Assembly: GCA_035699445.1 (NCBI GenBank)
Contig: DASSPX010000072.1
Coordinates: 1 to 63,822 of the forward strand
DNA: 63,822 nt
Source: Candidatus Limnocylindrales bacterium
GTDB taxonomy: Bacteria; Chloroflexota; Limnocylindria; Limnocylindrales; CSP1-4
Direction: 5' to 3'
The notes under the pieces were generated by a model that saw only the letters and a program-made list of their open reading frames with translations, had not been told where the DNA came from and did no database searches. The position numbers were made by a program, and so were the translations under genes. Of this stretch, positions 32,648 to 43,170 are shown piece after piece (position 1 is the stretch's first letter; the number at the start of each line of letters is the position of its first letter).

Positions 32648-33673
32648 TTACGCCCAGGGGAGCACCACCACCTTCAGCCCGCGCCGGTCCGCGAGCGCAT
32701 CGAACGCCTCGGCCGCTTCGGCCAGCGGATAGCGATGGGTGACGAGGTGCCGCAGGATGACCGTGCCGCCGGCCACCAGCGCGACGGCACGCTCGAGGTC
32801 GCCGGCCTCCATTCGTCGGGACAGCAGGAGCGCGAGCTCCTTGCGCCGTGCGGCGGACGCCGGGAACGACGTCCGGTCCCCCTCGGGGATGCCGACCAGC
32901 ACGATCCGTCCTCCGGGCCGCGTGGCGCGGATTGCCTGCTCGAGCCCGGCGTCAGTGCCAGAGCACTCGAAGGCGACGTCAACCTGCACGCTCGCGACCG
33001 TGCCGGGGCCGTGACCGCCGATCGCCTCGATCGGCTTCGCGCCCATCGTCCGGGCCGCGGCAAGGCGGTGGGGGAGCGGGTCGCTGGCGATGATGTCGAC
33101 GACGCCCTGCGCACGCAGGACCGCGACCACGGCGAGGCCGATTGGCCCGACCCCATGGACGCCGGCGCTCGTGGCAGCACGCGCACCGGCGAGGTCGACG
33201 GCATGGAGCGCGACGCCGAGCGGCTCGAGCAGCGTCGCCTCCTCGTCCCCGATCCCGTCGGGAATGGGATGGCAGCGGGCCGACGGCCAGGCCAGCCACT
33301 CCCGCAGGCCACCGTCGGTCGGAGGGAACCCCGCGAACCGGATCAGCGGGCAGAGCCGGCCCCGCCCTGCAAGGCACAGCTCGCACCGACCACAGGGATC
33401 GGCCGGGTCGACGGCGACCCGCTCGCCGGCGCGGGCGCCGCCCTCGATGACCCCGATGAGCTCGTGTCCGGGGACGAACGCGCCCGCGAGCACGCTCTCG
33501 CCGATCGACCCCTCCTCGAACCAGTGGCGATCGGACCCGCACAGCCCGACCGCCGTCACGCGGACGAGGACCTCTCCGCGTCCGGGATCCGGGACGGGCG
33601 GTCGCTCGTGGTGAAGACGAAGGTCGCGCCGCCCGTGGAGGCGGACGACCCGGGCGAGTTCCGGCGGGTGCAC
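32648..33673 (-). CDS. Zn-dependent polyol (sorbitol/arabinitol-type) dehydrogenase
   Basis: GLCGSD, GHE, CGRCELC..GR.RLC, LLEPLG, GVGPIG; start uncertain (GTG 33673). Confidence 0.85.
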   Translation of the reverse strand: MHPPELARVVRLHGRRDLRLHHERPPVPDPGRGEVLVRVTAVGLCGSDRHWFEEGSIGESVLAGAFVPGHELIGVIEGGARAGERVAVDPADPCGRCELCLAGRGRLCPLIRFAGFPPTDGGLREWLAWPSARCHPIPDGIGDEEATLLEPLGVALHAVDLAGARAATSAGVHGVGPIGLAVVAVLRAQGVVDIIASDPLPHRLAAARTMGAKPIEAIGGHGPGTVASVQVDVAFECSGTDAGLEQAIRATRPGGRIVLVGIPEGDRTSFPASAARRKELALLLSRRMEAGDLERAVALVAGGTVILRHLVTHRYPLAEAAEAFDALADRRGLKVVVLPWA

Positions 33674-33704
33674 CAGCCCGACCGTGCGGTTCGGCGTTGC
33701 CGGA

Positions 33705-34991
33705 TCAGGCCTCCCTGGCCTTGCTCGCAACGTCGACGTAGACGAACACGAGGAGCACGAGCGCCTTGATCACGAACTGGTAGTCGATCGGGATCGACAT
33801 GATCCCCATGCCGATGTTCAGCAGGCCGAAGAAGAGCGCCCCGATGACGGTCCCGGCAACCGTCCCGATCCCGCCGTACGCGGACGCTCCACCGACGAAG
33901 GTGGCCGCGATGACGTCGAGCTCGAACCCGTAGCCGGCCTTCGGTGTGGCGGAGTTGAAGCGAGCCGCGATGATGATCCCGCCGAGGGCCGCGAGCACAC
34001 CCATGTTCGCGAACGTCAGGAACACCATCCGCTTGCTGTTCACGCCCGACAGCATCGCCGCCTTGGCGTTCCCGCCGACCGCATAGATCCGTCGACCGAT
34101 CACGGTCCGCAGCGTGAGGAACATGTAGCCGCCGATGAGCAGGAACGCGAGGAGGGCGACGACGGGCAGGCCCTTGTAGCCGGCAAGTCGATAGGCGATG
34201 AACATCACGCCGAGGACGAGCAGGAAATTCCGGACGACGAACTGCCGGCGAGGCGTCACGGTGAAGCCGTATGCCAGCTGCTGCACCCGCGAGCGATACG
34301 CGAGGAGCACGAGGACGGCCGACAGGGCGACCCCCAGGAGGAGCGTCGTGAGCTGGAGCGGCCCGCCGCCCAGCGGCAGCACGATCGGGCCCAGGGCGAT
34401 GTCGGTCGCGCCGAATGGATCGGGGACGGCCCCGATCACTTCGGGGATGAAGCCCGAGGAGATCGCGCGGAAGCTCTCCGGGAACGGCCCGACGGGTTGC
34501 CCGCCCAGCATCCAGAGCGTGGCCCCGCGGAACAGGAGCATGCCGGCGAGCGTGACGATGAACGAGGGCACCCCGAGATACGCCACCCAGAAGCCCTGCC
34601 ACACCCCGATGAGACCGCCCGCGGCCAGCGTGAGCGCGATCGCGAGGATCGGGTCGAGACCCGCCGAGACCATGAGCACGGCGACGATCGCCCCGAGGAA
34701 GCCCGCGACCGAGCCGACCGAGAGGTCGATGTGGCCGATCACGATGACGAGCAGCATCCCGAGCGCCATGACGAGGATGTAGCCGTTCTGGAGGAAGAGG
34801 TTCGTGACGTTGAGCGGCTTGAGCATCACGCCGGCCGTCGTGAGCTGGAAGAAGGCGACGGCGATCAGCAGCGCCAGCAGCATCCCGGACTGACGGGCGT
34901 TGCCGACCAGTCGGAGGAGCGCGCTGGCGGGGGCCCGTCCGGACCCCTGCGCTGTCCGGATGGGTGCGGCGGTTTCGCTCTGCGCGTTCAC
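33705..34991 (-). CDS. gguB: Monosaccharide ABC permease (GguB/MmsB family)
   Basis: [45 protein letters not shown]. Confidence 0.9.
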   Translation of the reverse strand: MNAQSETAAPIRTAQGSGRAPASALLRLVGNARQSGMLLALLIAVAFFQLTTAGVMLKPLNVTNLFLQNGYILVMALGMLLVIVIGHIDLSVGSVAGFLGAIVAVLMVSAGLDPILAIALTLAAGGLIGVWQGFWVAYLGVPSFIVTLAGMLLFRGATLWMLGGQPVGPFPESFRAISSGFIPEVIGAVPDPFGATDIALGPIVLPLGGGPLQLTTLLLGVALSAVLVLLAYRSRVQQLAYGFTVTPRRQFVVRNFLLVLGVMFIAYRLAGYKGLPVVALLAFLLIGGYMFLTLRTVIGRRIYAVGGNAKAAMLSGVNSKRMVFLTFANMGVLAALGGIIIAARFNSATPKAGYGFELDVIAATFVGGASAYGGIGTVAGTVIGALFFGLLNIGMGIMSIPIDYQFVIKALVLLVFVYVDVASKAREA

Positions 34992-36541
34992 AGAATCACT
35001 TCCTCGGCTCCGGCGCGGGCCAGACTCATGATCGCCCGCATGATCGCCTCCTGGGACGCCTCCGCGGCCGTCATCTCGGCGGCGATCCTCCCCGCCGCCA
35101 TGACGTAGATCCGATCGGAGACCCCCAGGACCTCGGGCAGCTCGGACGAGATGATGATGATCGCCTTCCCCTCTGCGGCCAGACGATTGATGATCGTGTA
35201 GATCTCGTACTTGGCACCGACGTCGATTCCACGCGTCGGCTCATCGAGGATGAGCACGTCCGGGTTCGCGAACAGCCACTTCGAGAGGACGACCTTCTGC
35301 TGGTTGCCGCCGGACAGGTTCACCGCGAGCTGCTTCACGCTCGGCGTCTTGATGCCGAGGCTGTCACGGAACTCGTTGGCGACCTTGATCTCCTTGGGCG
35401 GGATGAGCACCCCCGAGTTCGAGACACCCTCGAGGTGGGCGAGCGTGATGTTCGTCTTCACGTCGTTCATCAGCACGAGGCCGTAGGTCTTGCGGTCCTC
35501 GGTGACATACGCGATCCCGTGCGCCACCGCCCTGGGGATGGTGCTGACGTCGATCTCGCGGCCGTTCTTCAGGACCTGGCCCGAGACGAATCGCCCCCAG
35601 GAGCGTCCGAAGACGCTCATCGCAAATTCGGTCCGGCCGGCACCCATGAGCCCCGCGATGCCCACCACCTCGCCCGCCCGGACGTTGAGGGTGACGTCGT
35701 TGATGACCATCCGGTCCTCGTAGATCGGGTGCGCGACCCGCCAGTTCCGCACCTCGAAGGCGACCTCGCCGACGTCGACCTGACGAGGCGGAAATCGGTG
35801 CGTGAGGTCGCGACCGACCATCCCCTGGATGATCCGGTCCTCGCTCACGTGGCCGCCTCGAGCGTCGAGCGATTCGATCACGGCACCGTCCCGCAGGACG
35901 GTGATCGTGTCGGCGATGGCCTCGACCTCCTTGAGCTTGTGCGAGATGAGCACGCACGCGATGCCGTTGGAGCGGAACTCGCGCAGGAGGCCGAGGAGCT
36001 TCTGGCTGTCGTTCTCGTTCAGGCTGGACGTGGGCTCGTCGAGGATGAGCAGTTCGACGTTCTTCGTCAGCGCCTTGGCGATCTCGACCAGCTGCTGCTT
36101 GCCGACGCCGAGCCGACGCACGGGCGTGTCGGGGGTCTCATCGAGACCCACCTTGCGGAGCAGCTCGATCGCGCGGTGGTGCGAGGCGCTCCAGCTGATG
36201 ACACCGCGCGCAGCCTGCTCGTTGCCGAGGAAGATGTTCTCGGTGATGGAGAGCTGAGGAACCAGGGCGAGCTCCTGGTGAATGATCACGATCCCGCGCT
36301 GCTCGCTGTCCGGGACGCCGTGGAACCGGCACTCCTCGCCCTTGAAGAAGAACTGCCCCTCGTAGCTGCCGTACGGGTAGACGCCGCTCACGACCTTCAT
36401 CAGGGTCGATTTGCCGGCCCCGTTCTCGCCGACGAGCGCGTGGATCTCGCCGGGCCGGACCGAGAAGCTGACGTTGTTGAGCGCCCGCACGCCGGGGAAG
36501 ACCTTCGTGATGCCGCGCATCTCGAGGAGGGCATCGCTCAC
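34988..36541 (-). CDS. gguA: Monosaccharide ABC ATPase (GguA/MmsA family)
   Basis: [46 protein letters not shown]. Confidence 0.93.
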   Translation of the reverse strand: MSDALLEMRGITKVFPGVRALNNVSFSVRPGEIHALVGENGAGKSTLMKVVSGVYPYGSYEGQFFFKGEECRFHGVPDSEQRGIVIIHQELALVPQLSITENIFLGNEQAARGVISWSASHHRAIELLRKVGLDETPDTPVRRLGVGKQQLVEIAKALTKNVELLILDEPTSSLNENDSQKLLGLLREFRSNGIACVLISHKLKEVEAIADTITVLRDGAVIESLDARGGHVSEDRIIQGMVGRDLTHRFPPRQVDVGEVAFEVRNWRVAHPIYEDRMVINDVTLNVRAGEVVGIAGLMGAGRTEFAMSVFGRSWGRFVSGQVLKNGREIDVSTIPRAVAHGIAYVTEDRKTYGLVLMNDVKTNITLAHLEGVSNSGVLIPPKEIKVANEFRDSLGIKTPSVKQLAVNLSGGNQQKVVLSKWLFANPDVLILDEPTRGIDVGAKYEIYTIINRLAAEGKAIIIISSELPEVLGVSDRIYVMAAGRIAAEMTAAEASQEAIMRAIMSLARAGAEEVIL

Positions 36542-36586
36542 GGCTGCCGTGGTCCTTCCCCTGGTCAGGCAGTTCGATGAGAAGAC

Positions 36587-36633
36587 GGAGCGCGAGTGTA
36601 ACGTGGAGGAGAGACGCCGTACACCCGCGCTCC
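36587..36633 (-). other. Intercistronic stem-loop after the binding-protein gene
   Basis: ggagcgcgagtgta (36587-36600) / tacacccgcgctcc (36620-36633), 14 bp with one G-U on the minus-strand transcript. Confidence 0.7.
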
Positions 36634-36649
36634 GGTGGCTTGGGCCGGG

Positions 36650-37780
36650 CTAGATGCCGACTTCCTCGGCCGTGTAGTACCCGGTGTCGACGAGGGCCTC
36701 CTTGACGTTGTCCTTGGTCACGGAGACGACGGGCAGCAGGTACGACGGCACGACCTTCACGCCGTTTTCGTACGTCTCCGTGTCGTTGACCTCGACCGTC
36801 TCGCCCTTCAGGAACTGGTCGACCATCTTGGCCACCTGGGCCGCGAGCAGGCGCGTGTCCTTGAACACCGTCGACGTCTGCTCGCCCGCGAGGATCGACT
36901 TGACCGACGGAAGCTCCGCGTCCTGGCCGGTGACGACGGGCGCCGGCTTGTCGGGCGTGTAGTAGCCCACCTGCTTGAGCGATGCGATGACGCCGCGGCT
37001 GATCCCGTCATAGGGGGACAGGACCGCGTCGAGACGCTTGTCCGCGTAGTGGGTGGCCAGGATCGTGTCAAGACGTGCCTGCGCCGCGGCGCCGTCCCAG
37101 CGCAGCGTCCCGACCTCGTTCGGGAACTCGGTCTGTCCGCTCTGGACGACGAGCACACCGCTGTCGATGTACGGCTGCAGGATCGACATCGCCCCCCGGA
37201 AGAAGAACCCGGCGTTGTTGTCGTCCGGTGATCCGGCGAACAGCTCGATGTTGAACGGACCGGTCTGGTTCTCCAGGTCGAGCGACTCCACGATCGAGCC
37301 GGCCTGGGCGACGCCGACGTCGAAGTTGTCGAACGCCGCGTAGTAGTCCACGTTCGGGCTGTTTCGAATCAGGCGGTCGTAGGCGAAGACCTTGATGCCG
37401 GCGTCGGCGGCCTTCTGGAGCGTATCGGTGAGGGTCGTGCCGTCGATCGCGGCGATGACGAGCACCTTCGCGCCCTTGGTGATCATGTTCTCGACCTGGG
37501 AGACCTGGGTCGGGATGTCGTCTTCCGCGAACTGCAGGTCGGTCTCGTAGCCCAGCTCGGTGAGCGACTTCACGAGGTTGTCGCCGTCGGAGATCCACCG
37601 AGCGGAGGACTTCGTCGGCATCGCGATCCCGACCAGGCCGCCGCCACCTGTTGCGGCCGTCTCCGCGGGTTGGGACTGTCCCGGCTCTGCGGTGCCCTGA
37701 CCGGGCGAGGCACCACCGCCGCTGCACGCAGCGACGACGAGGGCTGCGGCCACGACGGCCGCCGACAACAGCTTCTTCAT
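36650..37780 (-). CDS. chvE: Monosaccharide-binding lipoprotein (ChvE/SbpA family)
   Basis: Lipobox VVAAC; [46 protein letters not shown]. Confidence 0.9.
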   Translation of the reverse strand: MKKLLSAAVVAAALVVAACSGGGASPGQGTAEPGQSQPAETAATGGGGLVGIAMPTKSSARWISDGDNLVKSLTELGYETDLQFAEDDIPTQVSQVENMITKGAKVLVIAAIDGTTLTDTLQKAADAGIKVFAYDRLIRNSPNVDYYAAFDNFDVGVAQAGSIVESLDLENQTGPFNIELFAGSPDDNNAGFFFRGAMSILQPYIDSGVLVVQSGQTEFPNEVGTLRWDGAAAQARLDTILATHYADKRLDAVLSPYDGISRGVIASLKQVGYYTPDKPAPVVTGQDAELPSVKSILAGEQTSTVFKDTRLLAAQVAKMVDQFLKGETVEVNDTETYENGVKVVPSYLLPVVSVTKDNVKEALVDTGYYTAEEVGI

Positions 37781-37870
37781 CGGTGCGCTGGCTCCTCCGC
37801 GTGGCGGGCCCCAACGGCCCTGCTTCTCATGTCCGGCACCCTGGTGACCCGCAGGACACGTTCGAGGACA

Positions 37871-37898
37871 CCGTTATCGTTCCCGTGAACGATAACGG
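37871..37898. promoter_or_regulatory. LacI-type operator pair (inverted repeat)
   Basis: ccgttatcgttc-ccgt-gaacgataacgg, perfect 12-bp arms; 15-mer ccgttatcgttcccg recurs at 41966-41980. Confidence 0.8.
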
Positions 37899-37900
37899 CG

Positions 37901-37929
37901 ATCCTAGGGCCGCGGTACAGGCGCGTCAA
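37901..37929 (-). promoter_or_regulatory. Promoter of chvE-gguAB operon
   Basis: Minus strand TTGACG, 17 nt, TAGGAT, immediately upstream of the operator. Confidence 0.8.
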
Positions 37930-37992
37930 GTCCCCGACGTCCCCGAACCGGGCCCCGACGACCTCGCTGAGGGTTCACGGCACCCGGCCCGC

Positions 37993-39495
37993 TCAGAGGC
38001 CGGTTGCGAGATGCCAGTAGAGATCGCTCCACCGCAGCTGGTCCCGCAGCGCATCCAACCGCGTGTCGGCGTCGATCGCGAGGAACTCCACACCACACAT
38101 GGCCGCAAAGTCGCGCAGCTGGTCCATGGTGACCGCGTACGCGAGGCTCGTGTGGTGCGAGCCCCCCGCGTGGATCCACGCCGCGGCGCTCGTGCGCAGG
38201 TCCGGGCGCGGACGCCACACGGCACGGGCGACCGGCAGCCGCGGCAGTGGCTCCGGGGGATCGATCACGTCGACGGCGGCCGCGACGATCCGGAAGCGCG
38301 AGCCCATGTCGGTGATGCACGTCGCGACGGCCGCGCCCGGGCGGGCGTTGAACACGAGACGCACCGGGTCTGCCTTGCCGCCGATCGCAAGCGGGTGGAT
38401 CTCCAGCCGTGGACGCTTCGCGGCGATGGACGGGCAGACCTCGAGCATGTGGGCACCGAGGACCAGATCGTCTCCCGCCAGGTGGTAGGTGTAGTCCTCC
38501 ATGAACGACGCGCCGCCCTCGAGGCCCGCCGACATCAGCTTCGTCGCTCGGACCATCGCCGCCGTCTTCCAGTCGCCCTCGCCGCCGAAGCCGTAGCCGT
38601 CGGCCATCAGGCGCTGGACCGCCAGGCCGGGCAGCTGTCGGAGCCCGTGCAGGTCCTCGAACGTATCGGTGAACGCGACGAACGGGCCGCTGGCGAGAAA
38701 CCGGCGGAGCCCGAGCTCGATCCGCGCGGCATCCCGGAGGCTCTCCGCCCTGTCGCCCCCGGGCCGGAGCTCGGGCACGACGTCGTAGCTGCCCAGGTAC
38801 TCCTCGATCAGTCGATCGACGTCGCCGTCAGAGGCGTCATCGACGAGCCGCGCGAGATCGCCGACGCCCCACGTGTTGACGCTGAATCCGAGTCGGCGCT
38901 GGGCCTCGACCTTGTCGCCCTCCGTGACCGCGACCCCGCGCATGTTGTCTCCGAACCGGGCGATGCGGCCGGTTGCCCAGTCCTGCCGGGCCGACGCGAC
39001 ACGCGTCCACGCGCCGATCTCGCGCTGCACGCGTTCGTCCTGCCAGTGGCCCACGACGACCTTCCGCTCGAGCCGCAGGCGGGCGGTCAGGAACCCGAAC
39101 TCCCGGTCGCCGTGCGCGGCCTGGTTCAGGTTCATGAAGTCCATGTCGATCTCGGCCCACGGGATCTCGCGGTTGTACTGCGTGTGAAGGTGCAGGAACG
39201 GCTTCCGGAGCGCCTGCAGGCCTGCGATCCACATCTTTGCGGGCGAGAACGTGTGCATCCAGGTGACGAGGCCGATGCATTGCGGCGCGCTGTTCGCCTC
39301 GTCAGCAAGCCGCAGGATCCCGTCCGGTTCCGTGAGCAGCGGCCTGGACACGACCCGCACGGGGATGTGGGGCGACTCGCCGAGAGCCGCCGCGATGCCG
39401 CGGGCGTGTTCCTCGACGGTCCGCAGGGCATCGGGCCCGTAGAGATGCTGGCTGCCGGTGACGAACCACACCTCGTACGCGCTGAGGTCGATCAC
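37993..39495 (-). CDS. araA: L-arabinose isomerase
   Basis: [57 protein letters not shown]; SD AGGAG before GTG 39495. Confidence 0.97.
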   Translation of the reverse strand: MIDLSAYEVWFVTGSQHLYGPDALRTVEEHARGIAAALGESPHIPVRVVSRPLLTEPDGILRLADEANSAPQCIGLVTWMHTFSPAKMWIAGLQALRKPFLHLHTQYNREIPWAEIDMDFMNLNQAAHGDREFGFLTARLRLERKVVVGHWQDERVQREIGAWTRVASARQDWATGRIARFGDNMRGVAVTEGDKVEAQRRLGFSVNTWGVGDLARLVDDASDGDVDRLIEEYLGSYDVVPELRPGGDRAESLRDAARIELGLRRFLASGPFVAFTDTFEDLHGLRQLPGLAVQRLMADGYGFGGEGDWKTAAMVRATKLMSAGLEGGASFMEDYTYHLAGDDLVLGAHMLEVCPSIAAKRPRLEIHPLAIGGKADPVRLVFNARPGAAVATCITDMGSRFRIVAAAVDVIDPPEPLPRLPVARAVWRPRPDLRTSAAAWIHAGGSHHTSLAYAVTMDQLRDFAAMCGVEFLAIDADTRLDALRDQLRWSDLYWHLATGL

Positions 39496-39541
39496 GGGCG
39501 ACTCCTGTCCCCGACCGCCGTCGCGGCCGGCTGGGCGTGGC

Positions 39542-40186
39542 CTACTGGCCGTAGACGGTGGTGTAGCGGGTATGAAGCTGGTCCACGACGTCCTGTGGGA
39601 GGACATCGGGCTGGCCGAGCTGCAGCGCCAGCCAGACCGTCGCCGCCACGTCCTCGGTCATGACCGCTGCCTTCACGGCGGCCACTGCGCTCGGCCCGAT
39701 CGTGAACACGCCGTGGCTCCTCAGCAGGATGGCGGGCGAGCGCCCGATCGCCTCGACCACGAGGCGGCCGATGCCCTCGTCACCGATCGCGGCGAACCCC
39801 GCGCACGGGATCTCACCCCCGAACTCGTCGGCCTGTGCGGTCAGGTAGACGGGGATCGAGCGGCCGACCGCGGCGAACGCCGTCGCGTGGCGGGAGTGGG
39901 TGTGGACGACGCCGTTGACGTCCGGGCGGTGACGGTAGATGTACAGGTGGCTCGCCGTGTCCGAGCTTGGCTTGTGCGTTCCCTCGACGACGACCCCGTC
40001 GAGGTCGAGCACGACCATCGACGCTGCGTCGAGATCGTCATACCGCACGCCGGACGGCTTGATCGCGACCAGCCCGGTCGCGGGATCACGCGCGCTCACG
40101 TTGCCGCCGGTCCACGTGACGAGCCCGTTCGCCGGCAGCTCGCGGTGGAGGCGGACGAGTTCCTCCCGCAGGGCTCGCAGCTTCAT
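39542..40186 (-). CDS. araD: L-ribulose-5-phosphate 4-epimerase
   Basis: [30 protein letters not shown]. Confidence 0.93.
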   Translation of the reverse strand: MKLRALREELVRLHRELPANGLVTWTGGNVSARDPATGLVAIKPSGVRYDDLDAASMVVLDLDGVVVEGTHKPSSDTASHLYIYRHRPDVNGVVHTHSRHATAFAAVGRSIPVYLTAQADEFGGEIPCAGFAAIGDEGIGRLVVEAIGRSPAILLRSHGVFTIGPSAVAAVKAAVMTEDVAATVWLALQLGQPDVLPQDVVDQLHTRYTTVYGQ

Positions 40187-41886
40187 GCGACGGCCTCCGT
40201 GCCGCCCGGCGGGGCGGCAGCGCGTGCATCGGCGCGCAGTCGCCGCAGCGTCTTCATGACGTCGTTGCCGCCGCGGCCGAAGTAGTCGTGCAGCCGGACA
40301 TACTCCCGGTACAGAACGTCGTAGACCTCCGTGTTCTCCGGGATGGGCGTATACGCCTGGGGAGACAGGTGCGCCATCGCCCTGCTGGCCTCCTCGATCG
40401 TCGCCCAGCCGCCAGCGGACGGGCCGGCGGCGACCGCGCCGAACATCGCGGAACCGAGCGCAGGCGTCTGTTCCGATCCCGCCAGCCTGAACGTCCTGCC
40501 CGTGACGTCGGCATAGATCTGCATGATCAGCGGGCTCTTCTGCGTCAGGCCGCCAGCGGCGATCACCTCGTGGACGGGCACGCCGTGGCTCTCGAAGGCT
40601 TCGATGATCACGCGGGTCCCGAAGGCCGTCGCCTCGATGAGCGCCCGGTAGATCTCGGGCGCGGTCGTGGCCAGACTGGCCCCGAGCAGCAGCCCGCCAA
40701 GGTCCGCGTCGACGAGCACGCTCCGGTTGCCGTTCCACCAGTCGAGCGCGAGCAGGCCGGACTCCCCGGGCCGGAGTCGTCCCGCGTGCTCCTGCAGGAG
40801 GGCGTGGATGTCCATCCCGCGGTCGCGCGCTTCGCTGGCGTAGCGTTCCGGCACGGCGTGCTCGACGAACCACGCGAAGTGGTCGCCCACGCAGCTCTGG
40901 CCCGCCTCGTAGCCGAAGAAGCCGGGCAGGATCCCGTCCTCGACGTAGCCACAGATGCCCGGGACGACGCGCTCCTCGCGGGATAGCACCATGTGACACG
41001 TGCTCGTGCCCATGATCGCCACCATCCGGCCGGGCTCGACGACGGTCGCCGCCGGGACGGCGACGTGCGCGTCCACATTGGCGACCGCGACCGCGGTGCC
41101 AGGCAGCAGCCCGGTCCACGCGGCGGCCTCCTGGGTCAGCCCGCCGGCTCGCTGGCCCATCGTCGAGATGTCCCGACGCATCTTCGCGTCGACAATGTCC
41201 GCCAGCTTCGGGTCGAGGGCCTCGAAGTACGCGCGATCGGGAAACCCATCGCGCTTCGACCACAGCGCCTTGTAGCCGGCGGTCGTGGCATTGCGCGTCT
41301 CGATGCCGGTCAGCCGCCAGACGATCCAGTCGGCGGCTTCGATGAGACGGTCGGCGGCCTGGTACACCTCCGGCGCCTCATCGAGGATCTGCAGGGCCTT
41401 GCTGAAGAACCACTCGGAGCTGATCCGGCCGCCATACCTCGGCAGCCACGGCTGGCGAAGCGCGGCCGCCGTCTCGTTGATCCGGTCGGCCTCCGGCTGC
41501 GCGGCGTGGTGTTTCCAGAGCTTGACCCAGGCGTGCGGGTTCGCCCGAAATTCGGGCAGCGTCGCGAGCGGCGTGCCGTCGGCCTTCGTCGGGAGCATCG
41601 TGCACGCCGTGAAGTCGATCCCGAGCCCGATGACCTGCGCTGGGTCGACCCCGGCTTCGCGGAGCACGGCGGGAACCGTCGTCCGTAGCACCTCGAGGTA
41701 GTCGTCGGGATCCTGGAGCGCCCAGTCGGGGTCGAGCGGCACGTCGCGATCGGGGAGCGGGAGGCGCTCATCGATCACGCCATGGCGGTAGGCGTGGACG
41801 GCTGTGGCGAGTTGGCGGCCATCCGCCACGTCGACGAGCAGCGCGCGCCCGGACTCGGAGCCGAAGTCAACGCCGATTGCGTACGT
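40183..41886 (-). CDS. araB: Ribulokinase (start probably the non-canonical ACG at 41886)
   Basis: YAIGVDFGSESGRA, WALQDP.DY, GIDFTACT, KLWKHHAAQ, MGTSTCH, LDWWNGNRS. Confidence 0.93.
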   Translation of the reverse strand, partial: TYAIGVDFGSESGRALLVDVADGRQLATAVHAYRHGVIDERLPLPDRDVPLDPDWALQDPDDYLEVLRTTVPAVLREAGVDPAQVIGLGIDFTACTMLPTKADGTPLATLPEFRANPHAWVKLWKHHAAQPEADRINETAAALRQPWLPRYGGRISSEWFFSKALQILDEAPEVYQAADRLIEAADWIVWRLTGIETRNATTAGYKALWSKRDGFPDRAYFEALDPKLADIVDAKMRRDISTMGQRAGGLTQEAAAWTGLLPGTAVAVANVDAHVAVPAATVVEPGRMVAIMGTSTCHMVLSREERVVPGICGYVEDGILPGFFGYEAGQSCVGDHFAWFVEHAVPERYASEARDRGMDIHALLQEHAGRLRPGESGLLALDWWNGNRSVLVDADLGGLLLGASLATTAPEIYRALIEATAFGTRVIIEAFESHGVPVHEVIAAGGLTQKSPLIMQIYADVTGRTFRLAGSEQTPALGSAMFGAVAAGPSAGGWATIEEASRAMAHLSPQAYTPIPENTEVYDVLYREYVRLHDYFGRGGNDVMKTLRRLRADARAAAPPGGTEAVA

Positions 41887-41965
41887 GGTACGGTCCTCCG
41901 GAGGCCGTCGTCCTGGGGGTGGTGTGCTGCGCCAGCGGCACGTTCGGGCGCGTGGGGGTGGACGA

Positions 41966-42017
41966 CCGTTATCGTTCCCGCTAACGTTCACACTACCACA
42001 CCACCGCAACCGTGCAA
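41966..42017 (-). promoter_or_regulatory. araBDA promoter with tandem LacI-type operators
   Basis: Minus strand TTGCAC, 16 nt, TAGTGT (extended TG), then GTGAACGTTAGC-GGGAACGATAAC. Confidence 0.7.
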
Positions 42018-43121
42018 CGCGGTGAGACGACGGCCGAGGTCCCCGTGCCAGCTCACGCCAGGGTCACCATCAAGGAGATCGCCCGGATGACGGGGGTCTC
42101 CACCCAGACCGTGTCCCGCGTGATCAACAAGCGGCCGGACGTCGCGCCCGCGACCCGAGCCGCCGTGGAGGCGGCGATCGCCGAGGTCGGGTTCCACCCC
42201 AGCGCGGTCGCACGAAGCCTCGTCCAGCGGCGCTCGAACATGATCGGCGTGCTCGCGGCAGGTCTGCGCTACTTCGGGGTCGCCCAGACCCTCAACGGGA
42301 TTTCCGAGCAGGTCGAGTCGGCCGGGTACTCAATCATCCTCAAGGAGCTGGCCGCCTTCGAGGTGCCGGACATCGTTCCGGTCATCGAGTCGCTTGTCGC
42401 CCATCGCGTCGAAGGGATCATCTTCGCGTCACCGCAGCTCGAGTTGAACGTCCGACATGCGCAGGAGCAGTTGCCGCCGTCCTGTCCCCCGATCGTCTTC
42501 CTGAAGGCCGAACCGTCGTCCGACTTCACGACGATCGGCATCGACAACCGCGACGGTGGCCGGCAGGCGACCGAACACCTCATCCGGCTGGGACGACGCC
42601 GGATCGGGCACCTCGCCGGGCCGCTCGAGTGGATGGAGGCCCGCGATCGGCGGGACGGCTGGATCGAGGCGCTGGAGGTCGCCGGGCTCGCGCGCGGCCC
42701 GCTCGCGTGCGGCAACTGGTCGTCGGAGAGCGGGGTGCGCGCATTCGCCGAGATCCTGGAGGTGGACCCGACGATCGACGGTCTGTTCGTCGCGAACGAT
42801 CAGATGGCGCTGGGGGCGCTCCACGTCGCGTTCCGGCGTGGCATCCGGATCCCGGACGATCTGGCCGTCGTCGGCTTCGACGGGCTTCCGGAGGCTGCCG
42901 AGTTCAACCCGTCACTGACCACGATCCGCCAGCCGCTTCGAGAGCTGGGCAAGCTGGCGGTCGACGAGCTGATCGCGCGGATCGAGGAGCGACCCGGTCG
43001 CGGCGCCGGCTCGGCGCTGACCCTCCCCACCGAGCTGATCGTACGTGACAGCGCTCCATGGCCGATGCAGCCGGGGTCGACGCCGGTGCTCGCGACCGGC
43101 AGCGGTACCCCGGCGCCGTAG
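42012..43121 (+). CDS. LacI-family transcriptional regulator (probable arabinose repressor)
   Basis: TIKEIARMTGVSTQTVSRVIN HTH, ANDQMALG, IPDDLAVVGFD, PSLTTIRQP; divergent from araB. Confidence 0.93.
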   Translation: MQRGETTAEVPVPAHARVTIKEIARMTGVSTQTVSRVINKRPDVAPATRAAVEAAIAEVGFHPSAVARSLVQRRSNMIGVLAAGLRYFGVAQTLNGISEQVESAGYSIILKELAAFEVPDIVPVIESLVAHRVEGIIFASPQLELNVRHAQEQLPPSCPPIVFLKAEPSSDFTTIGIDNRDGGRQATEHLIRLGRRRIGHLAGPLEWMEARDRRDGWIEALEVAGLARGPLACGNWSSESGVRAFAEILEVDPTIDGLFVANDQMALGALHVAFRRGIRIPDDLAVVGFDGLPEAAEFNPSLTTIRQPLRELGKLAVDELIARIEERPGRGAGSALTLPTELIVRDSAPWPMQPGSTPVLATGSGTPAP

Positions 43122-43170
43122 CCCCACGGAGCACGCATCGCGGGGGCCGCGATCGATACGATGGGTGCGC

